Positions 8,568-17,145 of a DNA stretch of 32,000 nucleotides are shown in pieces. The stretch comes from Nanobdella aerobiophila (lineage in GTDB: Archaea > Nanobdellota > Nanobdellia > Nanobdellales > Nanobdellaceae). The notes beneath the pieces are model-generated. The model had not been told where the DNA came from, searched no databases, and saw only the letters and a program-made list of their open reading frames with translations. How positions within the stretch are numbered: the first letter of the stretch is position 1; every line of letters starts with the position of its first letter. A program made the translations under genes and the position numbers. The stretch spans positions 300,001 to 332,000 of the forward strand of contig NZ_AP019769.1 in NCBI RefSeq assembly GCF_023169545.1, read 5' to 3'.

Positions 8568-9587
8568 ATGAAGAGCTTGGAAGGTGGCGGAGCAGTTGGT
8601 ATAATACTAAAAGAAGATAAGATTCTTCTAGATCTGAGAAAAAGAAGCAATGGAGCAAACTTATGGGAGATAGCTGGTGGTGGTATAGAGAAAGATGAAA
8701 CTCCTGAAGAAGCAGTAATTAGGGAATTAAAAGAAGAATTAGATATAAATGTAAATAAAATTAGATATTTAGGTGCAAAGAATCATGCAGTCCATTGGGG
8801 TAATTTAGAAATAGAACATTATTTCCTGATTGAAGAATACAATGGTAACCCAATCCCTAAATCAAAGGATGAATTAATAGAAGTTAGGTGGTTTAGAATT
8901 AATGATTTACCATTTATAATAAATCTCGGTTGGAGGGTATTTGATGCAATGTTTTTTCTTTCTAAAATTAATAGAAATTACAAAAGAATTTATAATATCT
9001 TATCTAATAATGACCCCAGGCCATTAATAAGTTACCCTTACTTTTCTTATTCTGGCACCATCTATAATCTTTCAGATATTAATATAGAAGATCATATTAA
9101 AGGAACAATAGAAGGCTGTAAAGGTCCAGTTTTATGTATATATCCTAGATATGATAAAATTATTTCTAACTTATTAGATAAATTTGGAACTATCGATGTA
9201 TTAGAACTTAATCCAGATTATATATTTTTTCTTAAAAATAGATATGGGAATAAAATTGAGTTTATAGATGGTCTAGCAGAGAAATTTAAATCCAATAAGA
9301 AATATGGTCTAATTTTAGCTATTAATATTTTAGAATATATAAAAGACATATATTCATTTCTAAGTAATGTTAGAAGTTCAATTGAAAAAGAAGGATATTT
9401 TATCCTAACGATTAATAGTTTTAATTTAAATTTTAGAAAACTATTCAATAATAAAAAAATAGAGATAGATTTTCTAATAATGGCTCTAGAGAATTTAGGT
9501 TTTAAAAATAAGATAATTCCTATAAAATTGGGGAAGAAGCACTATATTTATCTAGTAATAGCAAGATTAGAAGATAATATGACTTAA
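8568..9587 (+). CDS. NUDIX hydrolase fused to a class-I methyltransferase-like C-terminal domain
   Basis: NUDIX box GGGIEKDETPEEAVIRELKEELDI at nt 8676-8744. The C-terminal half (IDVLELNPDY...YGLILAINILEYIKDIYSFLSNVRSSIEKEGYFILTI) resembles the Rossmann methyltransferase fold, but the glycine-rich motif I is degenerate. I take the ATG at 8568 as the start. Confidence 0.75.
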   Translation: MKSLEGGGAVGIILKEDKILLDLRKRSNGANLWEIAGGGIEKDETPEEAVIRELKEELDINVNKIRYLGAKNHAVHWGNLEIEHYFLIEEYNGNPIPKSKDELIEVRWFRINDLPFIINLGWRVFDAMFFLSKINRNYKRIYNILSNNDPRPLISYPYFSYSGTIYNLSDINIEDHIKGTIEGCKGPVLCIYPRYDKIISNLLDKFGTIDVLELNPDYIFFLKNRYGNKIEFIDGLAEKFKSNKKYGLILAINILEYIKDIYSFLSNVRSSIEKEGYFILTINSFNLNFRKLFNNKKIEIDFLIMALENLGFKNKIIPIKLGKKHYIYLVIARLEDNMT

Positions 9588-9712
9588 AAATTCTATTTTA
9601 AAGTAGATAATCAATTTAAAAAGATTTAACTTATAGATATCTTAATAATTATATGTTTATCAAAACTTATCAATTTTTTATATATTGTTAAAATTATGGA
9701 AAATTTATTTAT

Positions 9713-10138
9713 TTGATTAATTTTTATTTTTCTATTTATTATATCATAGCTACAAGGATTGTAACAATATCTAGTAAAATAAATTTTAATAATTCAACAA
9801 ATAATTTAAATATAAATAATGGTATTTATTTACCTGCTTTTTGTAAAGATATAAATCAATTTTCAGAAATATGTTTGGTAGAATATATAAGGGGAGTTGA
9901 TATTATAGTAATTAGACTACAAACAGGATCTAAATATTTAAATTTAACTTTAGAATCTCTTTTATATGAACCTGTTAGATCCACAGCTATAGGGCTTCTT
10001 ATTGCCGATACTAATTTAGAAAAAAGAGAAAGGATATATACTACATCCTTGAAATTTATAAAATTAGAATATCCAATTATATATGAGTTTTATAAATTAA
10101 ATAATAATAAAAAATCTAGTTCTATAATATCAAATTAA
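9713..10138 (+). CDS. Hypothetical protein (ORFan by motif inspection)
   Basis: 141-aa ORF with a TTG start and a hydrophobic N-terminus. It is in the same frame as the next ORF, separated by a single TAA. Confidence 0.4.
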   Translation: MINFYFSIYYIIATRIVTISSKINFNNSTNNLNINNGIYLPAFCKDINQFSEICLVEYIRGVDIIVIRLQTGSKYLNLTLESLLYEPVRSTAIGLLIADTNLEKRERIYTTSLKFIKLEYPIIYEFYKLNNNKKSSSIISN

Positions 10139-10162
10139 CTATTTGGAATATTATTAGCATCT

Positions 10163-10567
10163 ATGGTATATGATGTTTCTTTCATAGCTTTTGGGCATTT
10201 AGTTGATGATCATGTTGGATCTGGAATTGCTTATATTATATCAAAAAATAATTTATCAAAAGAAAAATATATAAAATATATAATAAATACTGGTAATTTT
10301 AATATTTCAAGAGACGAGTATTCAAATATTAAGTCTTTAGTAAAAGGTTATGGGGATATTGTAAATATATTAGTTAATTCTATGTATAATACTACATTAA
10401 AAGGATTAATAGATATAATTTACGATATAGAAGAAAAAACTAAGAAAAGATATATAGACAAACCTATAAAAAAAGTATTATACGAGTCAACAAGTTTAGC
10501 TCCAATTTTATTATTATATTCTATGTTATTAAATGATGAAAATAATAATAAATATCCAAATAATTAA
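10163..10567 (+). CDS. Hypothetical protein, possibly the distal part of the 9713 gene
   Basis: 134-aa ORF in the same frame as 9713-10138. The read-through peptide ISN*LFGILLASMVYDVSFIAFGHLV would form a hydrophobic helix. Confidence 0.4.
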   Translation: MVYDVSFIAFGHLVDDHVGSGIAYIISKNNLSKEKYIKYIINTGNFNISRDEYSNIKSLVKGYGDIVNILVNSMYNTTLKGLIDIIYDIEEKTKKRYIDKPIKKVLYESTSLAPILLLYSMLLNDENNNKYPNN

Positions 10568-10570
10568 TAA

Positions 10571-10638
10571 GCCTTGGAGGAGATTTGAACCCTGGTAAAG
10601 ATGGTCTACAGCCTCCTGGATTACCTGGGTACTATAGC
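10571..10638 (-). tRNA. tRNA-like GC-rich element (anticodon-arm and T-loop geometry, GUA anticodon position), probably a degenerate or partial tRNA
   Basis: The minus strand reads GCTATAGTACCCAGGTAATCCAGGAGGCTGTAGACCATCTTTACCAGGGTTCAAATCTCCTCCAAGGC. The segment GGAGG-CTGTAGA-CCATC-TTTAC-CAGGG-TTCAAAT-CTCCT-CCAAGGC has exact tRNA spacing (5/7/5, variable loop 5, 5/7/5, 7). However, there are mismatches in all stems, the D-arm is too short, and the 5' acceptor pairs poorly. It is much more GC-rich than its surroundings. Confidence 0.35.
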
Positions 10639-10680
10639 ATATAATATTTTACTATCTTAACTTTTATATTAGATCCATAT

Positions 10681-12993
10681 TTATCTTTTAAACCAATAGA
10701 ATATTAATATACCGGCAACAAATATTATAAAGAATATGAAATAGTATGTATTGTTATTTATTTCTATATCTTGATTAAATTGAATAGTTATATTTTGAGA
10801 GCCATTAACAAAAACACTTTCTCCATCTTCATAATAAATTGTATTTGTAAACAATCTTAGATATTTATATTCTGTAGGATCTATCTTAAATGAATCTCCA
10901 TAATTTAAATAAAATGATGTATTTCCTACTGTAGTTGTTGTTCCATTAGAAAATGTAATATTTATAAGAAAGGGTGTATTTATATTTATTAAATCTTGTA
11001 TACTACAATAATTTGATAGATTTAGATTTTCTGGATTGTTTATATTTATATCTATATTGTTATTTTGGCAATAATATCTTTCATTATTTGATATCTGATT
11101 AATGTTATTAAAATAAATATTTATTGTAGATCCATTGTTAAACCATAGAGATGCGTTTTCATCATAATAATTATTATTTATATAATATGAGAAAGGTGAA
11201 TAAATATTTATTAAATATTGGAAATTACAATAATCTAGTAGATATATACTAGTTGGAGAATCTATATAAAATTGTAAAGTATTATTTTGACAGTAGTATC
11301 TTTCATTATTAGATATTTGATTTATATTATTTAGGTAAATGTTTAAAATAGTACCATTGTTTTCCCATATAGATATATTCCTACTATAGTAATTTCCATC
11401 TAAGTAAAATTGAAATGGAGAATAAATATTAACTAAATCCTGTAAAATATAGTTAGGTATTATATAATAATTTTGATTCATAGTAAATGACAAATAATTA
11501 CTATTATAATTTTGACCATTTGCATTTATACCATCTAAGAACATTCTATAATAAGGGGATATATAATAACTATTTGGGAAATCTAAATTAACAGTTTGTC
11601 CGTAGGGGTAATAATTCACATATGAACTACCATTATTTGGATAATATATAAATAATTCATAATAATTTCCCGGAGTTAATTGTCCTATATCTTGGCTACC
11701 GGTACTTAATTCTACAGATCCATAATTTAATGAATTTACATTTACATTAGAAACTGATTCTGCGGTAGATATACCATAATTAAAAAAATTTTCTACTGGA
11801 GATAAATATTCTTGTCCATTATAATCATATAGAAAGTATAAAGACAAATAAGCGTTTATATTATTTATATATGTACAATAACTATTATATGGACCACTAA
11901 CAACCAATTCAGCATCTGTTGAGGCCCCTTCGGGTGTTTGATATGGCTCTACAACAATACTATAATTTATAGAAGGTACATATATGGTTACATTATCATA
12001 CCAAATTATATTTTGTCCATCAAAACTATAACCAAATTGTATTTCTGGATAAGAATTGTTTTGGGTAATGTTTATGATTAAAAATGCATTTAATGGGTAC
12101 GATAAATTATAACCATATGTACTATAAACATAATAAGATCCATTATTTAAATTACTAAAATATACTGCACCAGAACCATAGATACTATTATTATTTAATA
12201 AACTTGGAGAAGAGGTTCCATTCCATACATTATCTTCAAAATAATAATATCCTCCTGTATTGTTTATTTGTAGTACATTTTGCAACCAATAATATTGAAG
12301 ACCATTATATGTATTATCTACTAACATAACATTGAGTTGTATAGATTCTGAATCATCATTACTAGCATACGGTCCGATATCACATTCTTGATCTACAGAA
12401 CCTGAAATATTATTTATATATATTTGACCAATAAATTCGTTAGTTGTATATGTATAACCTTCAAGATTATTAGAATTAATACCTAAATCTGCAATTCCAA
12501 TTGGTCTATAAGGATTTATGGGATTTTGTGTAAGAGAATATAAAAATTGAACAAAAGAATTACTATATCCATTATTATCTATTACAATATAATAATTTCC
12601 TTGATTGAGATATAATTGAGTATCTAGATTATTTGTATCATAATAGTATATATAACTAAAATTATAACCATACTCAAAATCATAATAATTGGAATCTGTC
12701 ATTACATAAAATTGTATTGGATTATTTGAAATTAGATTTAGATCCAAATATTCTGGAGAATTAATTGATATATTATAATATTCATAGTAATTCGATAATA
12801 ATTCAAAAATATTGTTATAAGAACTACCATATGGATTTTCCAAAGAAAAAATTGTTGTATTTTGTGGTAAATTGTATTGTTGGAAATAATTACTCGGAGC
12901 ATTTTGTATATTATATCCAAATAATTGTTGAGGAAATATTTTATATAAAAAAATTAGCATTATTATCACACTAACCGTTCTTAAATATTTCAT
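10681..12993 (-). CDS. Secreted, C-terminally anchored, heavily sequon-rich glycoprotein with a thermopsin-like (peptidase A5) N-terminal domain and tandem 74-aa repeats
   Basis: Signal-like N-terminus MKYLRTVSVIIMLIFLY and C-terminal TM YYFIFFIIFVAGILIFYWFKR, with dozens of NxS/T sequons. The segments PIGIADLGI, YYWLQNVLQ...FEDNVWNGT, DAELVVSGP and YGISTAESVSNV match my recollection of the Sulfolobus thermopsin motifs (YWLQDV, DNVWN, DAELV, ADTAEA). Confidence 0.65.
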   Translation of the reverse strand: MKYLRTVSVIIMLIFLYKIFPQQLFGYNIQNAPSNYFQQYNLPQNTTIFSLENPYGSSYNNIFELLSNYYEYYNISINSPEYLDLNLISNNPIQFYVMTDSNYYDFEYGYNFSYIYYYDTNNLDTQLYLNQGNYYIVIDNNGYSNSFVQFLYSLTQNPINPYRPIGIADLGINSNNLEGYTYTTNEFIGQIYINNISGSVDQECDIGPYASNDDSESIQLNVMLVDNTYNGLQYYWLQNVLQINNTGGYYYFEDNVWNGTSSPSLLNNNSIYGSGAVYFSNLNNGSYYVYSTYGYNLSYPLNAFLIINITQNNSYPEIQFGYSFDGQNIIWYDNVTIYVPSINYSIVVEPYQTPEGASTDAELVVSGPYNSYCTYINNINAYLSLYFLYDYNGQEYLSPVENFFNYGISTAESVSNVNVNSLNYGSVELSTGSQDIGQLTPGNYYELFIYYPNNGSSYVNYYPYGQTVNLDFPNSYYISPYYRMFLDGINANGQNYNSNYLSFTMNQNYYIIPNYILQDLVNIYSPFQFYLDGNYYSRNISIWENNGTILNIYLNNINQISNNERYYCQNNTLQFYIDSPTSIYLLDYCNFQYLINIYSPFSYYINNNYYDENASLWFNNGSTINIYFNNINQISNNERYYCQNNNIDININNPENLNLSNYCSIQDLININTPFLINITFSNGTTTTVGNTSFYLNYGDSFKIDPTEYKYLRLFTNTIYYEDGESVFVNGSQNITIQFNQDIEINNNTYYFIFFIIFVAGILIFYWFKR
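10993..11436 (-). repeat. Two full 222-bp (74-aa) tandem repeats inside the glycoprotein gene, followed by a third degenerate copy downstream
   Basis: LVNIYSPFQFYLDGNYY...NNINQISNNERYYCQNN (starting at 11436) matches LINIYSPFSYYINNNYY...NNINQISNNERYYCQNN (starting at 11214). A third copy, LININTPFLINITF, starts at 10992. Confidence 0.8.
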
Positions 12994-13028
12994 TAAACTT
13001 TTCTTATAAAAAATTTTATAAATATTCC

Positions 13029-13349
13029 CTATTTACTATCTCTTAAATATCTATAAACTAATTTTCCTAAATTAGTCAATCTATAATATGTATGATGCAT
13101 TCTAACCTGAAATTGTTTCTTTAATCTAGCTGTAGTTCTTTTCACAGTCTTTAGATGAACTTCTTCAACAATTTTTAAATCTAGTAATTCTAGAATTATT
13201 TTTTGTATTTTATCTATATCTATTTTTGTATATTTATTTATATTTTTTATATAGTCAACATTAGCAATTTTTAAATGTTCCATAATTTTTAAATAATCAG
13301 GATCTGTAGATAATAATTTAGCTAATAATTTTATTTCCTCGTCCTTCAT
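13029..13349 (-). CDS. Small winged-helix DNA-binding protein
   Basis: 106 aa. The pattern IMEHL...VDYIKNINKYTKIDIDKIQKIILELLDLKIVEE...HHTYYRLTNLGKLVYRYL is helix-turn-helix plus wing (YxLTxxG). It is divergent from the 13435 gene. Confidence 0.6.
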   Translation of the reverse strand: MKDEEIKLLAKLLSTDPDYLKIMEHLKIANVDYIKNINKYTKIDIDKIQKIILELLDLKIVEEVHLKTVKRTTARLKKQFQVRMHHTYYRLTNLGKLVYRYLRDSK

Positions 13350-13434
13350 TTTTTATCTATTTATGAAAATAAATTTTAATATTTTATTACTACTAAAAAG
13401 TAATGTTTTTTAATTTTTGTATAAATATCTATTA

Positions 13435-14493
13435 ATGAGTAAAGATTTTACATTAGATGATTTCTATAACCTACCATTGGAAGATCGGCTGAATATAATA
13501 TTAAAATCTATAGACAATGTACTTATGACATTGTCATTTATATTATATGATCCTAATATCAAAGATAAAATAGTTTATGAACAGATAAGGGAGAAATTAG
13601 ATAAATATTATACTGGAAAATTAGCTAGACTTAAACCCTCTACTAATAATCCATACAGAGAATATTTTAAAAGATTTGAAAATATGCATCTATTAGAAAA
13701 AGAACATAAAGAATATTATATAACTACTTTCGGAACTAATATTAAAGAATTTCTTAAATATTCTATAAAAAAATATGTAGAGCTAGATATAGATTCTAGA
13801 TCTATTTTTAAAGATAGAAAATATTTAGATGGGTTTATAAAGGCTACTGAAAAATTTTATATTTTAAAATATATAGGAGAAAATCCACAAGTAGATAGAT
13901 ATCAAATTATGAAAGAATTTAAATTAAATGAGGATTCTGTATATCAGGTAATTGAATGGTTAAAATATACTGGCCTAATAAATAAATCAAATTATAAAAT
14001 TGCAATCTTAAAAATAGATCATCAAGCAATAGAAAATATGAGTAATATACTTGAATGTAGGGATAAATTTAAAGAATATTTACATAATAAAGATCTTGCT
14101 AGATCTATAAATTTTTATTTATCTAAAAGAAAGTCTATAAAGTCATTCTTAGAAGATTTAGACAGATATGATATGATTAGATTAAAGGAATTATGGGAAA
14201 AGATGAAAGAACACAAGATTAAGATGAGTTATTATAAAGATATAAAATTATTATTAGAGGTTTCGAATATAATAAAATTAGAATGTTTTAAAGGACCTCT
14301 TTATATTAAGACGACAGAGAAATTTAAAAGATTATATGAGAACATAATAATACCAATAGATCGGTTAATAAACAATAAAGATGAATTATACAAATATTAT
14401 AATTTTAGTTTATCTGATGAAGATATAAAAAAAGCAATTAAGTTATATTATAGTAAATCTATTAGAAAGATGAAGCAAAAAAGTATATACTAA
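13435..14493 (+). CDS. Hypothetical protein with at least one internal wHTH-like segment
   Basis: FYILKYIGENPQVDRYQIMKEFKLNEDSVYQVIEWLKYTGLINK resembles a wHTH. An earlier segment, KEYYITTFGTNIKEFL, looks like a wing. I take the ATG at 13435 as the start rather than the track's TTG at 13417. No family was recognised. Confidence 0.55.
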   Translation: MSKDFTLDDFYNLPLEDRLNIILKSIDNVLMTLSFILYDPNIKDKIVYEQIREKLDKYYTGKLARLKPSTNNPYREYFKRFENMHLLEKEHKEYYITTFGTNIKEFLKYSIKKYVELDIDSRSIFKDRKYLDGFIKATEKFYILKYIGENPQVDRYQIMKEFKLNEDSVYQVIEWLKYTGLINKSNYKIAILKIDHQAIENMSNILECRDKFKEYLHNKDLARSINFYLSKRKSIKSFLEDLDRYDMIRLKELWEKMKEHKIKMSYYKDIKLLLEVSNIIKLECFKGPLYIKTTEKFKRLYENIIIPIDRLINNKDELYKYYNFSLSDEDIKKAIKLYYSKSIRKMKQKSIY

Positions 14494-14621
14494 TTATTAA
14501 TCCTTAATCTGTAATATAGAAGAAAGATTATTAAACTATTTTGTCAGGTAATATATAAAGATGAAAATCGATATTTATATATTATAATAAAAAATAATAA
14601 TATTTTTTGTTATATAGAATT

Positions 14622-15242
14622 ATGAATCCTAAAAATGATCCAGATAAAAAAAATTTTTATACATATAATATAATAGAAAAAGCTTATATAAGAAAAGCCA
14701 GGGCAATAGATCTCTTTTTATTTTATGAGTATATAGAAAAGATATTAAATGAATTTCCAAAGATAAATAATGAATATATCAATATAATTAGATCATTTTT
14801 AGAAAATATATATTATTTAATATCAAATCCAGAGGAAAATATAAAATATTTAAAGTATGTAGTGCATTTAGAGTTAGAAGCCGAGAGGTTAGAAAAAGAA
14901 GGACTCAAGAGGTTAAATTATTTTATTGATTTTTCTTCAGTAGATGATAATATTATAAAGCTATTAAATGGGGTAAGAATAGATATAAGAATACTAGAAC
15001 TATTGTTTTGGAATGCTGTTAAAAATAATATGATAAAGGATAATCCAAATTATTTAGTAATAGCGCATTTTTTAAATATGGCATCAAAGTATATATTTTA
15101 TTATATCGTAAATAATTATTATGAAAAATTAAAACCATTAGAAAGAATTAATACTGATATAAATCTGAACAAAGAAGAAGAAGATAAGTATAAAAAATAT
15201 TTAGAAGCTTATAAAGATAAGAGTTTAAAAGATTATTTATAA
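14622..15242 (+). CDS. Hypothetical all-helical protein
   Basis: ORF with normal amino-acid composition. I take the ATG at 14622 as the start. No motif was recognised. Confidence 0.5.
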   Translation: MNPKNDPDKKNFYTYNIIEKAYIRKARAIDLFLFYEYIEKILNEFPKINNEYINIIRSFLENIYYLISNPEENIKYLKYVVHLELEAERLEKEGLKRLNYFIDFSSVDDNIIKLLNGVRIDIRILELLFWNAVKNNMIKDNPNYLVIAHFLNMASKYIFYYIVNNYYEKLKPLERINTDINLNKEEEDKYKKYLEAYKDKSLKDYL

Positions 15243-15319
15243 TAGCGAATATATAAATTTATTTATAGATTATGAGGGGAGGTCAATTTTTATAAAAAAT
15301 TTTTAATACATTAAAAATT

Positions 15320-16609
15320 ATGAGATTTAGTTTAATAAATTTAGGTTGTACAATGAATAAAGCTGAAGGAGAGATTATGAAAAATATATTAATTAAGGAG
15401 GGTTATGAGTATACAGAAAATCCAGATAGTGCAGAAGTTTTATTATTAAATACATGTACAGTAAAAAGTCCTACAGAAAATCATGTTTTAAGACTAATAA
15501 ATAAATATAAAGATAAAAAATTATTATTAGCAGGTTGTTTAGTCCAACATCAACCAGAATTATTTAAAGAATATCCATTAATTGGTTTAGATCATATAGA
15601 AGAAGTAGATAAAGTGTTACAAGATTACTTAAATAATAAAATAGACCAATTATTGGATAGAAAAAATAATAAAAAAATATTAATATCAACTGATAATTAT
15701 CCTATAAGAACAATAATTTTACAAGAAGGATGTTTATGGAATTGTTTATACTGTGCAACAAAATTAGCTAGAGGAAATGCAAGATCATATCCTCCAGAAT
15801 ATATTTATAATGAATTAAGAGAGGCAAAATTAAAAGGACTAAAAATAATATATTTTACAGGTACAGATCTAGCAACATATGGTCATGATTTAAATATTGA
15901 TTTAGCAGATTTATTATTAAATATAGATATTAAGGGTAACTTTTTTATAAGAGTAGGTATGGCAAATCCAGGAATCTTAAATAAGTTCTTTGATAAATTA
16001 TTAAAAGCATATGAGAATGAAAGTATATTCAAATTTTTTCATTTACCGGTCCAATCAGGATCTGATAGAGTATTAAGGACTATGGGTAGAGGATATAATA
16101 TAAAACAATATCATGAATTAATAAATAAAATAAGAAAGAAATTCTATGAAGCTACTATATCTACGGATATAATTGTAGGATATCCTACAGAAACTGAAGA
16201 AGATTTTAATAAGACATTAGAACTTGTAGAAGATGTAAAATTTGATATAATAAATATATCTAAATTTTGGCCTAGAAATAAAACATTAGCAGGTAAATTA
16301 TATAAAACATTACCAGGTAATATAGTAAAAGATAGATCTAAAAAATTAAAAGAATTATTCAATAAAGTTGCATATGAAAGAAATAAAATATGGTTAAATT
16401 GGGAAGGTTACTGTATTATTGAATCTAAAGGTAAAAATGATACATGGATAGGTAGAAATTATGCATATAAACAGATATTAATAAAATCTAATAAAAATTT
16501 ATTAGGAAAAATAGTAAAAGTTAAGATAAATAATATAACATCAATAGATCTAAGAGGAGAATTAATAGATATAAAGGAAGAAAATTTATTAGAGAAAACA
16601 TTATACTAA
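15320..16609 (+). CDS. Archaeal MiaB-like radical-SAM tRNA methylthiotransferase (MtaB/CDKAL1-type)
   Basis: UPF0004 N-domain cysteines (GCTMN, CTVKSPTE, GCL), a radical-SAM CLWNCLYC motif, and a C-terminal TRAM-like segment GYCIIESKG...GKIVKVKI. Confidence 0.85.
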   Translation: MRFSLINLGCTMNKAEGEIMKNILIKEGYEYTENPDSAEVLLLNTCTVKSPTENHVLRLINKYKDKKLLLAGCLVQHQPELFKEYPLIGLDHIEEVDKVLQDYLNNKIDQLLDRKNNKKILISTDNYPIRTIILQEGCLWNCLYCATKLARGNARSYPPEYIYNELREAKLKGLKIIYFTGTDLATYGHDLNIDLADLLLNIDIKGNFFIRVGMANPGILNKFFDKLLKAYENESIFKFFHLPVQSGSDRVLRTMGRGYNIKQYHELINKIRKKFYEATISTDIIVGYPTETEEDFNKTLELVEDVKFDIINISKFWPRNKTLAGKLYKTLPGNIVKDRSKKLKELFNKVAYERNKIWLNWEGYCIIESKGKNDTWIGRNYAYKQILIKSNKNLLGKIVKVKINNITSIDLRGELIDIKEENLLEKTLY

Positions 16610-17145
16610 TGAAAGCTGTTTTGTTTGGTAATATAGCTTCTGGAAAAACAACTACATGTTCTAGATTAGAAGATATGATATTTAAATGTAATGAAGTAGA
16701 ATTAGATGATTTAAGTATATTAGAAAAAGAAAAGGATATATTAAAAAGAGAAAAAATATTTTATTACGAATTTGAGAAAAAAGAAAAGGATTTAAGATAT
16801 ATAAATTCTAGTACAAAATTAATAATAATACCATTTTTAGAACATTTCGGATATTATAAAGAAGCAAGAGAAATAGAAAGTAAAATAAATTATGAGGATT
16901 ATATTATTATATATTTAAAAACAGATCCAATGATTTGTTATTATTTTTATAATAAAAGAGATAGAATTGATAAAAATTTTTGGAAAAAAGAAGATTTTTA
17001 TAATTTACATAAATATATTGATAGATTTTTCGAAAGAAATAAAGATAAATTTAATAATTATATTATTATTGAGAATATAGATCTAGAATCAAGAGTAAAA
17101 ATCATAAAAACATATTTAGAAAATATATTACTTAAAAAATCATAA
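16609..17145 (+). CDS. Small P-loop NTPase/kinase-like protein
   Basis: N-terminal Walker A GNIASGKTT. The ATG overlaps the MiaB-like stop (TAATG), suggesting co-translation. Confidence 0.55.
   Translation: MKAVLFGNIASGKTTTCSRLEDMIFKCNEVELDDLSILEKEKDILKREKIFYYEFEKKEKDLRYINSSTKLIIIPFLEHFGYYKEAREIESKINYEDYIIIYLKTDPMICYYFYNKRDRIDKNFWKKEDFYNLHKYIDRFFERNKDKFNNYIIIENIDLESRVKIIKTYLENILLKKS

Noticed and set aside
9218-9448. Track ORF 9218-9448 (-)
   Set aside because: It is an antisense shadow inside the NUDIX-methyltransferase-like gene.
10571-10638. A canonical, functional tRNA-Tyr gene
   Set aside because: The acceptor stem pairs at only 5 of 7 positions. The T-stem has two non-pairs, the anticodon stem has an A-A mismatch, and the D-arm is about 4 nt too short. 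It is therefore reported only as a tRNA-like element.
12738-12974. Track ORFs 12738-12920 (-) and 12765-12974 (+)
   Set aside because: They are alternative-frame or antisense shadows inside the 770-aa glycoprotein gene.
13386-13404. Palindrome ATTACT-N7-AGTAAT in the divergent 13350-13434 promoter region
   Set aside because: The arms are only 6 bp and almost pure A/T, so they are easily produced by chance at this base composition.
15274-15286. Purine-rich GAGGGGAGGTC upstream of the MiaB-like gene as a Shine-Dalgarno or regulatory element
   Set aside because: It lies about 35 nt upstream of the ATG, too far for an SD. A TATA-like box sits between it and the start, so it is probably outside the transcript.
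16144-16362. Track ORF 16144-16362 (-)
   Set aside because: It is antisense inside the MiaB-like gene.
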